Positions 25,400 to 39,974 of a DNA stretch of 64,000 nucleotides are shown here, one piece after another (within the stretch, counting starts at the first letter, position 1; each line of letters starts with the position of its first letter). The notes under the pieces are model-generated. The model made no database searches. It was not told the origin of the DNA and worked only from the letters and a program-made list of their open reading frames with translations. The stretch comes from Raillietiella orientalis. Its lineage: Eukaryota. Location of the stretch: the NCBI GenBank assembly GCA_036172245.1, contig JAYWIR010000037.1, forward strand, positions 1,550,001 through 1,614,000, read 5' to 3'. A program made the translations under genes and the position numbers.

Positions 25400-28300
25400 A
25401 AACCCTATCGACCTTTTCCCGGTACTACAAGAGGAGGGATAATTTATTGAGCCTTGAACCTCATCTGCTGTGGGAATCTGCATTACGAGATCCTTAATCC
25501 CGTTCCTCCTCTGTAGACTCTGTAGTGTTGAGTCTTCGCAACTCCTCGGTTTCCTACCTGCTTGTTCTTGTGTTGGTCTCTGCTATTGCTAAGGAACTGC
25601 CATGCGTGTGTTCCTTTCCCGCAGCATCTTTCTTTTTTTCTGCTGGAATTTGCAATTGCCCTGCAAACGCCCGCCAACTTTGGCGTTTCCTGTCCTCGGC
25701 TTGCGGAAGCACCGCTGGAGATTTGATCCGCTTTACCTCAAATCCCACTGCGACGGAAACTTCAGTCCAACACTCCAAGAAAGAAGGAAAACAAAGGAGC
25801 AAAAAAGGAAACACTAACACAGTCTTAGCCTTATACAGTGACAATGTCCAACTGGTCACCTACCCCTTCCTAAAAATTTTCTGTGAATCCGATGTGCATC
25901 CGTGGTGTGGAATGTTCTGTTGATCGGACTACTTCCTGATTTTCATTCAGCATGTTGTGAAAGATCCATGTGGGAATCTTCCCATCTGCAGATACATGTC
26001 TTGTGCTCGAGTAATCCTGTGATGATGTTAATGAAGGCCATATACCAGCTAAGCGCTTCTGGTTATTATGCTGCTGACGAAAGATGTTCATCACTGGGCT
26101 GTGTATGTAACACGTTTCCTTCTGTTTCAAGAGACTCACCGAGTATTGTGACCTTGGTTTTTACTCTTTTTACTTCTAGATTCAGAGCCTTCTTGATTAC
26201 TGTCCGTCTTTGGTCCATGCTGTGGCAAGCAAACAAATGGAGCATTGTTTTCTTGTCTCTATACGCATGAAAACTCGATCGAGCGGGTTCCTTCCTCCAG
26301 AGACTTGGACTCTTGCTTTACAAAAGACTGTTGTGATAAAACAAGCAAATCATCCTGCACCTGTGACGGCTAATCAGAATTCTTCAGAACTGCTCCAGCT
26401 GCTGCTGCCACACCTGGGTTCGAACTGTGAACTCTGAGGACTAACATAAATGTTTTGAAAACATATTGTTCATTACTTGGCTCTACAAGGACGTGCTTGG
26501 ATGTCTTTCTCTCCAATTACGGTCTCGGTGATGTTCCTAGATCTTTGAATCTAACGCTCTTTGTGTAGAATGTGATCTTCAGGTGTCATTTTGAACTCGC
26601 ACAGAGATACTCCGTGAATGCTGCCTCCTCGCGGGAATCGTCGGCAGTCCTGGATGGCTGTCACCGGCCTCACAAGAAAGAACAAAAGGAACACTCCAAT
26701 TCCAAAGCTCCTTTCTGTTTGTTGTCATTCCAAAGGCTTTGCTCGCAAAAAAACTGTTGCTTCCTGGTCCATTTTTACCCTTCTCCTATCGTTCACGGGT
26801 GCTGCATGAGTTTCTCCGAGACATTAGAAAACTGCCGGCCTTGCCAAGCACGGGTAATGTGCAAGTTAGCGTGTACATAGAACTCCTGACGCATGCTCCA
26901 GCGTCTCCATTCCTCAGTCACCGTGCCCTCTGGGATGATGCGTTTTTTTTAAAATTTGATCTTGCACTTTCCTCATACCTACACCAGACTTCGTTGCACT
27001 TTCTTGAGTTTCATCCTGATCTTTTCTAGTATTGGCCAGAATGCCAAACCATGCATAAGCTTCCGAAGCATTATTCGATTCCATAATTTTCACTGTACCC
27101 TGTAGGGAAAATCTGGTCTTCTACATTTGGTCGCTTGGTCTCTCACCTGAGCTAAAATGTACTCTTATTGATCCATTGACTTTCTCAAGTGTACACTCAA
27201 GTACTTCTGCCCATCTGCTTTGTGAAATCTCCTCTAAGTGTTCATGTCGGGGATTCCTATTCTGTTTTCGGTTCTTCAGTCTTATCCCTATCTTCCAACT
27301 CTAGATGAATGCGGCTGTTTTCCAGGACGGAAGGCAGATCATTGGTGTTTTCCAGGTGTTCAGCGTTCTCGTCCTTTTCTAATTCTTTCAGCCGACTTCC
27401 TCTGATGATCGACTTGGATGGAGCTTCACATACAAGAAAAGAGATATTCTTTTCTATTCTCCGTGCTGTTTTTTCCTGTTCATTTATCTCAAACTTGACA
27501 TATTGAGAACTTTTCTCTTTCACCACTTTTCAGTCATGCCTATATAATTGTTCTGGGAAGCTCAGTCTATCCAGAATTCTGCCGAGCAAGTCATGGTGGG
27601 ATGGGATGTCCCTTCATTGTAAGTGAAATATAGCACCCATCATTGCCCTCATTTTACTTAGCGCGAAAAGGACAGTTGACACTTGACCTTCTTTCGCTTG
27701 TAACGTTCCAAGACCACACGCGTCTGCATGGAAGTTTGGATCACGGAATTCATTATTTTCCTAAGTTGGTCGAACCAGACCTCGGTTTATCACTCGACAT
27801 CCATGATTAGGTTGGATACTCGCCTACAGTAGGTGACTTGATCAGCTTTCCTCTCTTGGAAGGACGTGCATCCTGCCATCATTGAGGAAGTCTGGAAGCT
27901 TTCACCCTCTTGAGTGCACGGATCAGGCAGACATAAGCTACCGGAAGAGTCTGACTGTTCGAGACAGGTGCACTGGCAAGTCTTTATTTCGCATCCTTGT
28001 GCAGTTGTTCAAAGGATGTCTTGATCTCTTTCTCTTTCCCCTCATCTGCAGCTTTTGCTGCTTGCCCACGTACTTGTAAATGTGCTGCAGAATTTTTTTC
28101 TTTTTTGTATTGGAAAGCTTTGCCCATATCAACCTTTGGGATTCTTGTTCAAATGCTGTTACGATTGTCTCGGGACTGAAATGTTATTTGTCTTTTTTTT
28201 GTATGGAGAGGCTGTTCGCAGAAAAGTTTCTCTTTCACAGCATACACTTCCGTCTCGGCGTCCACCAGTTTATGTTTGCCTCTTTGTGCAAAAGGGAACT

Positions 28301-28450
28301 TGGAAACATAACTTTTCTCATCCTAATGGAAGCACATGGAGTGAGGGAGGTCAGTGATATTCATTTCCTGATACGCTTCTTAGCGCATCCTTCCGTCTCC
28401 ATAGTGCCTTTTCATAAACAGATGAATCACGTTTCATCTTTCGAATCCTC
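25400..28450 (-). mobile_element. Degenerate R2-superfamily (R4/NeSL-like) RT element
   Basis: Minus strand: HDLLGRILDRLSFPE near 27570 (RT segment following DL..AF), YAWFGI (Y.YLG-like) near 27045, ERCCGKGTHAWQFLSN (CCHC-like) near 25610. Confidence 0.4.
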
Positions 28451-28499
28451 CACTAGAGCGACGGGAATGGTTTACAAAATGGTTTTCATTACTTTCTGA

Positions 28500-29290
28500 T
28501 GCGTTGGCTAGAAGTCGTGAGAGCCCAACAAGCACAGGAGAGCAGACCGCTTCTGGTACGTTTTTCCGGGATTACGCAAGAAGCCATGGATCAAGGAACT
28601 CACCAAGGTGATCCCGCTATTCATGATCATGCCATAGGAAGCGGGAGCCTCGATCCAGAAAACAAGGAAGACGACGTTCAAAGAGTGGGACAGATTCAGT
28701 CATCCACGCACGACGAGTCCTCGAGTACAAGAAAGCATTTGAGGGAGGATAATCCACCGGAAGCGCTAAGTTTGGTAAGCCCAAGGCACGCAGTGGTCCA
28801 GGGTGAACCTCCAAAGGATAAGATATGCCACCTTCCGAAGCGATGGAAGGATGAAGAGCAGGCTAGGAAATCCTGCCCTCGACTCACTGGCGATCGAGAC
28901 GGTCCGGTGGAGATCCTCCTTGCTGTCGGACATAGAGGATTGTTTACTGATGTTCTACCACTGAGGCATCCTGTGTAGCATTGGAGCGACGACCGCTGTC
29001 CAGCGTACGAGCAGACTGAGGACGTCCTGCACATATACACTTGCCATACACTTGTCCAAGACTGAAGAGTGGCGGAGCAGGCTGTTGGACTAAGCAAGGT
29101 GTGCCCCGCTATACCACACCGTGAGAGTGATTGTCGCGTTCTTCCTGAGGAACATACACATCAGGAGAACGAAGCTGAAGAGGATCCACGCAGGCAACGC
29201 CCGAAACATCTTGCAAGAACTCCTGCAAAGTGGGCTCTCCCGCATCCATGCATGCGGGAGAGCACCATCCTGTACTGCCTAAGATTAGTA
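28500..29290 (+). mobile_element. L1/Tx1-like ORF2 C-terminal fragment
   Basis: TRKTTFKEW resembles WRKETFESW in the 1-1562 copy. HRGLFTDVLPL..DDRCPAYEQTEDVLHIYTC is a zf-RVT/CCHC-type motif at about 28930-29045. Confidence 0.5.
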
Positions 29291-29339
29291 AACTGAGTGG
29301 CCAAGACGGTGTAGTGTTGCAGTGTCTCACACGCGCGGG

Positions 29340-32150
29340 TCGCAGTGAATTGCAAGCTATCCAGCAGTAACGCAAGTAATAGTTATTGCTTTGTGTGTGT
29401 TTGTTTCGTGCATGATTCTGAAATAAATTTAACCCATCGCGAGTTCACGTGTTCGTTCCCTGCATGCTTCAATGACTCAGGTCTCTGTTCGGATCTTCAA
29501 CGACATCCAGGGTATCCTTGGAAGCGCTCTTGCTCTTCAGCGGCTGTTTCAGTGCTCGTGCGCACTGTGTCTTGTTGGTCCTGTGGAAACTCATGGGAAG
29601 TGTAGATAAAAGTCAAGACTTGGGAACATCTTCCTTTATTCATCACCGTCATAGGTATCTTTCTTGTGGGAGATCAGCTGTTTCCTTTCGAAGTGTGCAC
29701 AGTTGTGCAGGCAGGTACGTTGAATCGAATGGATACACAGAATCAACGCGATAATAAAGTACAAATGCATGGTGTGGGGGGTGTACATCGCAGATGAAAA
29801 ATACTCAAGTTGCGAGTCTGATCTGAACTGTGTAAATCCAGCAGTGTCAGCATTCTCCATGTACACTCTGAAATGCAAAAGAAGCAGGCCAGAATGTAAA
29901 ATGTGCCATCAGGAAGGTAGTGACAAACTTTCACTGACGTGTTGAAATTGCCCCTTGCCAAGGGAGAACACGTCGCCATCAGGATTACCAGGAGACAAGA
30001 ATCAGTGGACGTATGCTGAGCGAAAATTAAAGCTGTTTGCTCAACATGGCCACAGGAGAAGATTCCTAAAGTAAATGCTACTCAGTTAGAAAAGGGAGAA
30101 TGGGGAACGGCAAATGACTCCCATATGGGAAACTTGGTGTTCGACCTGATTCCATGCACATAGATTCGACCCTTATTCTAAGAGAAGAACTGTAAACTCC
30201 GCTCGATATGAGTCTCAGGGGAAACGAACTGAAGCATGGCAACCACGTCGACCAGGATCAAAGGACAACAAGCATGCATCCGAATGATCTAAATCACGTC
30301 ATTCTAGAGAAAGAAGGAATGAAATTGAAAAAGGATACACATACTATAACCACTGGTACAAGATGAAGAGCATCTGGAGGTGGAAAATGAAAAACCAGAT
30401 CCAAAACGGCCATTTATAGAAAAGTGGGTGCTAATGAAGGGGAAATACAAAAAAGCAAAAAGTAAACCCGGAACATAAGATCCACTACCTTACTTTCGAA
30501 AGAGAAACATTTTTAGGAGCTAAACAGCTCAGAGTGTTTCAACTGGAGCAGATTCGTGGACCATCTTTTCCGATCAATAAAAGCGTTCCATGATGTCTTT
30601 ATGTTGGAGCCACCCGGGAGAATGCCAGGAAGTTAAGAAGCAGGTCCGGCAAATCGTAGCGAAATGCAGATTGCAATGGAATATCCGTTGTAAGGCATTG
30701 AAAGCAATTTTGTGGGTAACGGGTATTCGTTGGAAGACTCCTCCGTTCCAGAAGCTGAAGAGAACCTTGAGCACACTCTGGGGAAAGAAACGTCTATCGA
30801 TTCCTCGATCTTGCAATGCTGTATGTGAAGGAGTCACCAAGTCTTTCCAGTTGGTATTGCACCACTGAGGACAGACGAGGTTGAGTGACTATTGGAGAAA
30901 ACAAACAATTCTTGCCCACCAACTGATGGAAACTACTGCAAGTGATGGATTGAGTGGACGCGGAGGCGGCAATATTGGCATGTAGCATCAGCACAGGTCT
31001 CAGGCTCATGAAAACGCCGGTAAAATTCATCGCGGAAAATCTTACTTCCTAAATCATCTGAAGGCACCATCGGCTGAAGACCAGTATTCATTGAAAACTG
31101 CATTTACAGTCTTTATGTGAGATGTCTCTATGGATGAGTTGGAGAGTGGCTCACTGACAACCAGCTCATCTGTGCTCAGCAGAATTACCTTTATATGATG
31201 GAGTCACGGAACAAAATTTCATCCTTCAGACTGATCTACGCCTCTAGACAATCTTCAATAGACTGATGTGTTGCACTAATAGTTTTCGAAAGAGCATTTG
31301 GAGCAGTCTCACAAGATTTGCTGCATGGACATTTGCAAGAAAGCGGCTTGGGAGAGATCATCAAAAACGCTGTCATGGGGATAGATATAGATGCAGTTGA
31401 GTCTGCATACGAGAGTCAACGGGGTACATCCAGAGTTGAAGAGAGTAAATAATGAGTGCACCTTCAACTTTCTGCTTCTTAACATTGCAATTTAAAGAAC
31501 TCTACGAAACATTGGAGACTCCTCCGGAGAAAACTCTATTCTACGCTACGGGGTGATCTTGTGCTGATCGCCATCCGAAGATGGACTCTGGAATCTGCAG
31601 CATGATCGGAAAAAAAAGCTGGGCTATAAATCAATCCCAACAAGTGCACTTCGGAGCCATGAAACCAAGGGATGTGAGGAAGGCCACTTTCAATGCTGAA
31701 TAAAACTCCATCTCGGTGTCAGATTTCGGCAAGACCTACAGGTACCTGGACCAACCAGTTGACTCGGGATGATTTTTGTGGCAGGCCAGGAAACAGCAGG
31801 ATTATTGCACAAGCGCTCTCAGTAATGGGTTGCATATGAGCTCCATGGCAACAGTTGGATGCCGTGGAAGGGAAGCTTTCTCACACACTACCGACGGCTG
31901 AGAATATTCAAGAGAACGGAGTGTCTATTTACCAAAAAGGACGTCGGCAGTCAGTGAAGTGATGCATTAAAACACCCAAGGGAACATCCGAGAAATACTT
32001 GCAGCAAGATTCCTAGGTCGAGGCACTTCACCTGACGAGGTCGCCTGCATCGGCATTGGCAGTTGTCATCCTTGTTGGATCCGACAGTGCAGGAAGTACT
32101 GCAGAGTGCATCGTAGTCTGTGGTTAAAAAGCGCTTATAAGCACCACCGT
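29340..32150 (+). mobile_element. Degenerate NeSL/Utopia-like non-LTR retrotransposon (N-terminal Zn fingers plus RT), truncated at its 3' end
   Basis: CKMC near 29895; IAPLRTDEV..NNSCPPTDG near 30855-30930; VDAEAAILA near 30955; Y.(D)DLVLIA at 31547-31572; INPNKC at 31630; YRYL at 31737; APWQQLDAV at 31840 (LAPWQK.DA-type motif); LLDPTV...VVKKRL at about 32075-32140. Confidence 0.65.
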
Positions 32151-32465
32151 TATCACCCGGTTGCGCTGGGGTGTTTCTTTTCCAAAAGAAGAAAAATAAG
32201 CAGGCAACGTGGATCGATGAACCCACAAGTCCATGAAAAATTTAGGAAGATAAGAAAACAAGGAGAACCACCAGCTCGCACAGATCAGATGCACAAAGAG
32301 CAGAGAGGTTTAAGGGGAGGAGACATGAAATAAATAAATAAATAAAAAGGGGAAGAAGGGACAAGGGTCCCCGGTTATACTCGCCGCACCTTCTGTAGCC
32401 TGAGTGAGATTCAGGAGGCGTCCTCCTCCACTCCATCAGCTTTGAAATTCCATTTGGCCGCATTA
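32151..32465 (-). mobile_element. L1/Tx1-like family 3' end (last codons plus 3' UTR)
   Basis: Reverse complement aligns with about 1185-1560 (cccttgtccct, ctctttg). Ends aaaagaaacaccccagcgcaaccgggtga. Confidence 0.7.
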
Positions 32466-32999
32466 CTTATGATTGACGAATTGAAGCATGTGGTCCTTCT
32501 TTCTTAGTGGCACGCATCCTGAGTGTTTCAGGACGTTGCTATCCTCCTGAGGCAACACAGGATAGAGATGAAAATCTTGAGGAAAGACAAACAAAAAGGC
32601 TACAGAAGAAGATAATTGCTTGAAATTATTGCTTTGAAGAATGTTTGAGTTTGTAGACTTCTGAAAACGAACGAATTTGAAGGATCACAAATAAATCCAT
32701 TAAATAATAGAGATTTTTTCGAATTTGTTCTCAAAAGAGAGAAACTGAGGAATTTCCGAGCCTTCACACTGCAACAACCTGGCTTACAGCATTCACCAAT
32801 GTGAACTTTTAAAGTGCGAAATTCGCACTGCAGAAGAAAAACTGGGAATTTTAGGCGTGCTTTTATTTTCTTCTGTGTTTCATTAAAGGAATTTGGAAAC
32901 CTCGTCAGTGATCACAAATGATTTTGGTTCTCATGGGACACAGAAAACCTCATCGTTTTTTTTAGAGGAGATTGCAGCGGCGAAAGAACAAGACATCTT

Positions 33000-35700
33000 T
33001 CCCTCAAAAAGTTTCATCTTTGGAGTTTTGGATTCCAATCCTTATGAGTTTTATTGTTTTGAAAACGAAGCAGCAAAACCGCTTCCTCAAAAGGTAAGAA
33101 TGGTCCATGTCTTGAATGTCCACAAATTAAACTCTGATCGGAATAGCTTGCAAGACTAGATAGACGGAAAATGAAGGCACATACTCGGAGATCACGGAAG
33201 CAGGCAAATAAGCAAACTGAAAAAAATCAAACAGAAGAATATAAAATAAAATCTGAAAATTCTAAAACTCTGAAACCGTTCCTATCAATTCAGATTGATA
33301 AGTGAAGAGCTGTAGGTGATGCGCCAAATACAAAGAATCCAAACCAAGCTGCCCGCCTGCTATCAGTTACGACGGGCGAATTTTCAATAAGGCTCTTTGG
33401 AAGCATGAAGCAAGAAAATATGATAGCAGAAGGCTTCATGTACGGAAAAACAGAGGCATATATTTCCAACGGATATGCCTTTTAAGATATCTTGTTAGGC
33501 CGAAATTCTGGAAACGGGACAGTGAGTAGAGGATGACAGGCTATGGTTTTTTCATGTGTTAATAAGATTCCCCAAAGGAGAGGGATGGAGGAAACTTCTA
33601 AGTAAAGTCCATGAAAGTACCGAGTAAGTAAAGGGCAAAGGAATCAAGCAAATAAGGTGCGAGAAAACTGAGCCTAATTGAAAAATGGTCTTTTTTGAAA
33701 AGCATGGCCCTGTGCTCTATGCTGGAAACGGAAGGATTTAGTGATCAATGAGAACAGCACAAAAATCGTGGGAAGGTGCCGTCGCAAACGAGGAAAAGTT
33801 GAAATTCGGGGCGCAATTTCTGGTCTTAAACCTAACATCTGGTCAGGAGGTGCAGTTTCCTTTGCTTACGGCTCTTAGGCACGATCATGAAAGAATTTCC
33901 CAACGATTATAAAAGGACTAAACAAAAGGAAGAAAGTTCTTTTTTTCTAGTTTGCTTTTGCAGTTTAACTATCACATTTAACTGACATATTAGAAAGACC
34001 CATTCTTCTGTTTGCTTCAGCAAAGGCACACGAAAGAGAATTGCAATATCTTGGAAGGCTATCAGTGTCTTCATAGAATCCTCCTGAGATAGCATTAAGG
34101 AACACTATATGAACAGTAATAATGAGCCGTAATTGCTTGTTTCACCTCTTGGCATTTCGTACAGTATACAAGTTTTGGGGGGGACAGAGCAAATCTTGAC
34201 TGACGTTAAAATATAACGTCAGTCTTCCACGCTAATGGCTTCTGGAACATGAGATAAAACATGTGGCACAGTGGTTTCTGCTCAACCACTTTTTTCCTCT
34301 TTAAGCTCTTCTACGTTTATAGTCGTTGACTTTTCAGTGATACAAAAATACAGATATCACCCTTCCCTTGGGAGGTCAAGTGATTCGGATTTGATAATGA
34401 AATAAGAATTCATAGTTCGGAGTGGAATACCGTACCATTCAAAACTGTTCGTTTCCAAATTGTGAATTCATTGAAGGGAAGATTATCATTCAGCTGATGA
34501 ATACTGAATTTGAAGAATTCAATCTCAACAACAAATGGGTTGTTTTATAGGAATTTTTTTCCTAGCAGAGTTTCTGGTTATTCTATCGTCACTGAATTCC
34601 AATGTTGGACAGCATTGGTTACTGAAAATGACCACTGTTATATTAAGATATTACTTAGGGTGCTTAACTTAAATGATACTTGAGAACTTCCTGGGAGTGC
34701 CCTGGGTACAGTCATCTTTCCGATCTCAAATACATGGATGAAAAACGTGTACGTTCAGAGAAATCGATGATCAAAAGCATCTCCGTATTTTAAGCTGCCT
34801 AACCGTAGACATTGGTACAATCCAGCGGCATGGAATCGCATGGATTGAATGACACCGTAATCATTGAGAATGGCATCTTCTGTTGATCGAACCTTTCGAG
34901 CCGAAGATGGCTACCTCGAAAAGATTGAGGCAACCAAAAGCCTGGAAAGATGTGAACGATCTGCTTTAATCTTTACGAAAAAAAAACTCTTTTTCTCCTG
35001 GGAACCCTGAAGATACAATAGTCCCTACCTTCTTGGGATATTGGCAATTTAGAATCCATCAGGAAAGAAAACAATTTCTCTGATGATTCAGGACAAGACA
35101 CTTTGACAAAGAATGAGTGGTTTTCATAAGATCCCTTATTGCAATTGCAAATTCATAGATAACTTCATACATTGGGAGACTCTGTTTATACCTTTTACTT
35201 TTTTTTGATTTCAATGAAAGAAAGGTAAAAGGAATGCAGGACCTACACATGTTTCTGGTTTCCTATATTCTCTTAAAGCTAAAGAGTGAAAAGTTGTGTG
35301 GTATGGCTGGAGGAATGAGATTGATGCAACACTGCTCACTTTATAATTCTTCCAGACATTTCTCGTTCCTGCAAACATTGAGGATTGTTCGAATGCATTC
35401 TCTCTGAATCGTTTTCAGGAATCTCCACTTTACCAGACTATGGAATCGCAGCAGGGACTAAGCAACTGCAAATGTTGGAGCAGTTATTAAGCATCAGCAA
35501 CAGATCTTTACACTCATTCTAGAATTGGTTTCGTATTCTATGGAATCATATTAACGAAAACGGTGCAGACATTACTGTTCAGGAGACAGAGGAATTGCAA
35601 GACGAAGTTGTGATGGAAACAAGACTGCCTGCTGTATCAAATTAAACCAAGCATATTCTGGGGTGAGTGCGTTGTAAATCAATCCTAGCCCCGATTGATG
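33000..35700 (+). mobile_element. Very degenerate CR1/L2-like LINE remnant (ORF1 and endonuclease traces)
   Basis: NPNQAARLLSV and GIYFQR (ORF1 RP..V / I.I..D-like) at about 33335-33480; GG near 34370 and G.FYR near 34540. Confidence 0.3.
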
Positions 35701-35799
35701 CTTATGAAAAGGTGAGGTTCATTAAAAGTATGTGCTTTCAACTGAGAAAGCCTAGCGCCAGCGGATAAGGCTGCTCAAATGCTTCCTGTTCTGCTCCTG

Positions 35800-36172
35800 A
35801 AAGCGAATGGATGACGCTCTGAGATGCTCGGAGGACACATCGTTCTCCCATGCTATCTCAAAGGCGGATCCCGATGACCCTTTATTGTTATTTTTTTCTC
35901 TCATTCCCCATCTCCATTCGCTCTGCTAATTCGCCGGTATTTATCCCGGTGCTTCTCGGAGCGAACTCAGAGATCCCTGTCCAATCCCACCGCGTTTCAT
36001 GTTTTTTTGTTGTCCTCCGATCCCTTCCCCCGTTCCGGACTCCCGTTGTCCCTGTCTGCATGTCGGTGACCCTACCCTTTGCTTTTTGTTGTTGTCGACT
36101 GGGAGCTTTGTTTCCTACTGCCTTATCTGTCCATAAAATAAACGCCCCAGCGTGGCCGAAATGGAGAAAAAA
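35800..36172 (+). mobile_element. L1/Tx1-like family 3' UTR fragment
   Basis: Colinear with 1250-1560 (agatccctgt, gttccggact..gttgtcc..gtctgc, cataaaat). Ends aaataaacgccccagcgtggccg. Confidence 0.8.
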
Positions 36173-37399
36173 TCTAAAAGGTATCATATGTAAAAATTCA
36201 GCAATTTTCATTCTCTGCATTCCAAAGAATGGTTTTTTTTTTCCTATAAACTTGGAAAAAGTTCCATGTCTTTGAAACTACTTCACTTTCTGAAATGGGA
36301 CTCGCAAAATTTTATAAAAAGGGATCCCAAATCACGGATGCTGCTCGCTTGGATTCATAGGAACAGTACTGTTTCCAGGAGGTCGTCTCTTGATTTTAGA
36401 ACAGTGATGTGCACCCTATGAATTAGTGAAGGAAAATTCGAGTGCAGAATCCATGGGAAAGATTCATCGTTTGGTAGCTCCTGACCTTCAGGTGCAGACA
36501 AGACTTCAGGGAAACATCAAGTGAGCAATCACTCGTATAGGAATTATTTCAAAACACCGCATGCTCACGTTCAAGATGTTTGGCAGCAAAATACAGCAAG
36601 TGTGTCGTACCAACTAACTTCACCCCAAGAATTCAAATTAGACAAGTTCTCTTCGGTTTTGTACTCGGAATTGGAATTTGATTCACAGAATTCACAGAGC
36701 TTTTTGTTGGTTTGACTCGGAATTCCGATTTTAAAATTCTTCTCGTGTTGTGTTTTCCTGAACATCCCGTGGCACAGAAATGTGCTGCGATTCGAAAGCA
36801 TAATGCGTTTACTGTGCTCCCTGAACCATACAAGTAGATCATATTATTTCACACGTTCTCACATATTCCGCTCTTGCATCCGAAAACTTCAAAGACTTGG
36901 AAGCTACAATGATAGAAAGGTATCCGCATGAGTACTTTGTCTTTATGGAGGCTGTGAGCTAGATTTCATCTCGTAGCCGCGTAACTTCTCAACACCAAAG
37001 AAAATAGTTGAAGGGCAATCCATAAAAGCTACCTTAGTGCCCTGCCTGCTTTCATTAACGGAAAGTACACAGGAGATCAAAGTTCATTATAGGATGTCGG
37101 GGATGTCTCCCTGTTCTTCACTTTTTACGTCTTCCTGCTTTTTACGTCTTTCCACATAGAAGTAAAAATAGCATCCCCATCTTCACCTGCTATCAAAAAT
37201 GAATTCCAAGTGTCGAGAATTTTTAGACATTTTTCCAAGCTATTCGCAAGAGTACATAAAAGACGCATTTTTCAAACGAACCAAGGCGCTGCTACTTGAG
37301 TAGAAAAAAACACGGCGGTACTGAAATATCACAGAAGTGGGAAGGAAAATCCACGGACGCTAAGCGCATGGGGTTCCTCCTTACGAGGTTCCAGCCAGA

Positions 37400-39950
37400 C
37401 AAGACAAATGAAGAATCTGGAAGAAAGCTTAGATCACGATCTCTTGATTCAAGCACAAAAATGCAGGAAAGCCAGATAAGGAAGCTAAAATTAAAAGAAT
37501 TCACTCCTTCAACAAGTCAGGAAAAAAGGGCAACCAAATCCCGCTCTCCTTAGAAGCAAAAAATGCTTCCCGTTTTCCCCAAAACGGTGAGTTAATGAAA
37601 TTTGCAGGATGCTGTGAGATGAATTCAGTATTGGAATGCTTAAGAATGAGAACTGTTCTGCGATATCTGAATTACTTGTAAGGTATTGCACCGACCTCAT
37701 GCAGAAACTTAATCCTAACAACTGTTTTATTTTGGGCTTTCATAGGAGTCTGGAGAATCCATACATATAAAGAACTTGACTCTATTAAATCAAGCTGTTG
37801 CTTCCTAGAGCTTTGCTTTCATTGATCAACCAGAGCATATCTGTTTGTACCCTTGATCCCTCTCGAGCGTCTGTACCTTCAAAGTGATTCTCCTTTCCAT
37901 AAAGGGTTTTTTCTATTCTTATTACGTGGAGTGGATGTGCCCACGTTTGAACAGTCCTACGGCAGGTCAACCAGCTGATCTTCACTTTCATATCGAGAAC
38001 ATGCTTAATCGCACTTATCTCAAAGGATCACCAACCTGTTCCTGGAGCATGACCAGCTGCTCTGAGATAAATACAGAGTTGGCAAAAATAAAGCAAGGTC
38101 ACCGAGAATTAAAGAGTGAATGGTAATGGAAGAAATATTTGAGAGAAAGTGGCGCATGGAGTGACGGAAACATATGGTTCCAGCTCAGCAGGAAGATTAT
38201 TTACATAATAGACCCATATACAGCAAATAACCGAATCGAGACCCAGCAGCTATATGATGAAACTATCCAAAATGACAATCCATTATGTAGAGCTGAACAA
38301 ATTCTTCAGTCTAACTGGAAATCGAAGATTATTCACTGATTGAAATCAAAATTCATTCGAGTCTGCTCATTTTCAATGTGCTCACAGAAAATTTATCACA
38401 AGTTATCAGCTGATGAATTTCTGCTTCAAAGGGGTTAAAGTTTCCTTAAGACACCTCTAAGAAAGCAGTTCCACGTACGAGTTTTCCTCCATGTATTCAT
38501 TTCAGAAAAACACCCACTGCTTCTGGAAGTTCAGTTTGTCAAAGACCAAGCTGCAGGATGCCGATACCCTTCTTTTAATAAGGCAGAAGGAAAGCAGTTT
38601 TTGCCAATCGATTTCTCAAGTCAATTCACTTAAAAGAGCTGAAACCGAGCATGGCAGCTTTTGTGCGGAATCTCAGTAAGGAGACTTGGAAACTGGATGG
38701 CAGAAAACCAGCTGGAAACCACTGTGATCTTCACGAATGTGCAGCAAGGTGCAAAACAGTTGACTTAGTGCAGATGAGATGGACAAGACGAGTTTCCATG
38801 CGTTTGTCTCATTCTAAGGATGAGAACGGTTGAAAGAAGGAACTGAAAGCTGCCTTGGAAAGTGCACAAGGCAAATTTGGGCGATTGAATTCGATCTAAT
38901 TATGTGATTCATCTGCAAATTTTGCGGCAAACTAACATTTTGATAAATGATTCCTTGTGAAAGTACGCTTGTCGTGAACATGAATCCAACATCTCGATGT
39001 TAGTTTTTTGTACAAAACGGTGTGTGAGCAATTGTTCGTACAGAGCTTTGGAACTGACGCGAAAACTGGAAGAGATTTCTAAGAAATACGCTTGCCAGAC
39101 AAAAAATAAGATAAAACTGGAACTCTGCGTCATAATCTTCCAGAAGCATCAGATCATATTCATAAGTTGACAATTCATTAGAGATAAGAGATACAAAAAG
39201 CATCATAACGTATAATAACGTCTCAGCTGTAAAGGGAAAAATAGAAAAATGCGATACAAAGTCAGCCATCCAAGGAATCCAACTGAAAAATGCAGAGTGC
39301 AAATTTGAACCCCTCTTATCGTTAAACATGGATCTCCAAATTCTAAACGTGCATGCTAATTTTACAAAATTTCGAATTTGCTAGATAACAAAAGCAAAAC
39401 GATTGCTTTTCTTGACTTCGGTGTGGCAATCTTCACCTAAATCGGATCAACCTTCTCGAAAAGGAAATTATCTGGTAATTTCGAAATAGCTTCTTGAACT
39501 CGAGATTATCCTGTCATCACTTCCTACTGACATTAAGGAAGAATCCAGTTTTCAAAGCAAACAGGCAAAATAACTGTGAGTAAATCTCAATTATTTTGCT
39601 CTCCAATTTCATTGGAGCATCCCATGAAATAAAAAGTGCGGTACTCTCAAAAGTACCTCATAGTGTTACTAGATGCACTACGAAATAACTACGAATGAAG
39701 ATCTTAATGATGCGAATCTCAAGATTAATTCAGTTAGGAAGCTTTCAGTCATTTTCCCAGATTCGTGCACTGTATATGCGTTTCAATTTGGAGATGCAAA
39801 TTTAGATACATAGAGAAGCAAGATGAAGTGGTTTGCGCTCTAGGATAGAAGGAAGCATCGAACAACGGTGATTCCTCTACATGAGACATAACAGGATCCT
39901 GTGACTAGAGCATCGTAAGTTTTGAAATTGAAATCTTAACAGCAGCTATA
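37400..39950 (+). mobile_element. Possible very old CR1/L2-like LINE remnant
   Basis: Only faint motif traces: IHIK after GG-like codons near 37755, P.N..KNAE near 39280, LYA near 39772. Confidence 0.25.
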
Positions 39951-39974
39951 TGCAGCGTGAGTACTTGAGGAAGT

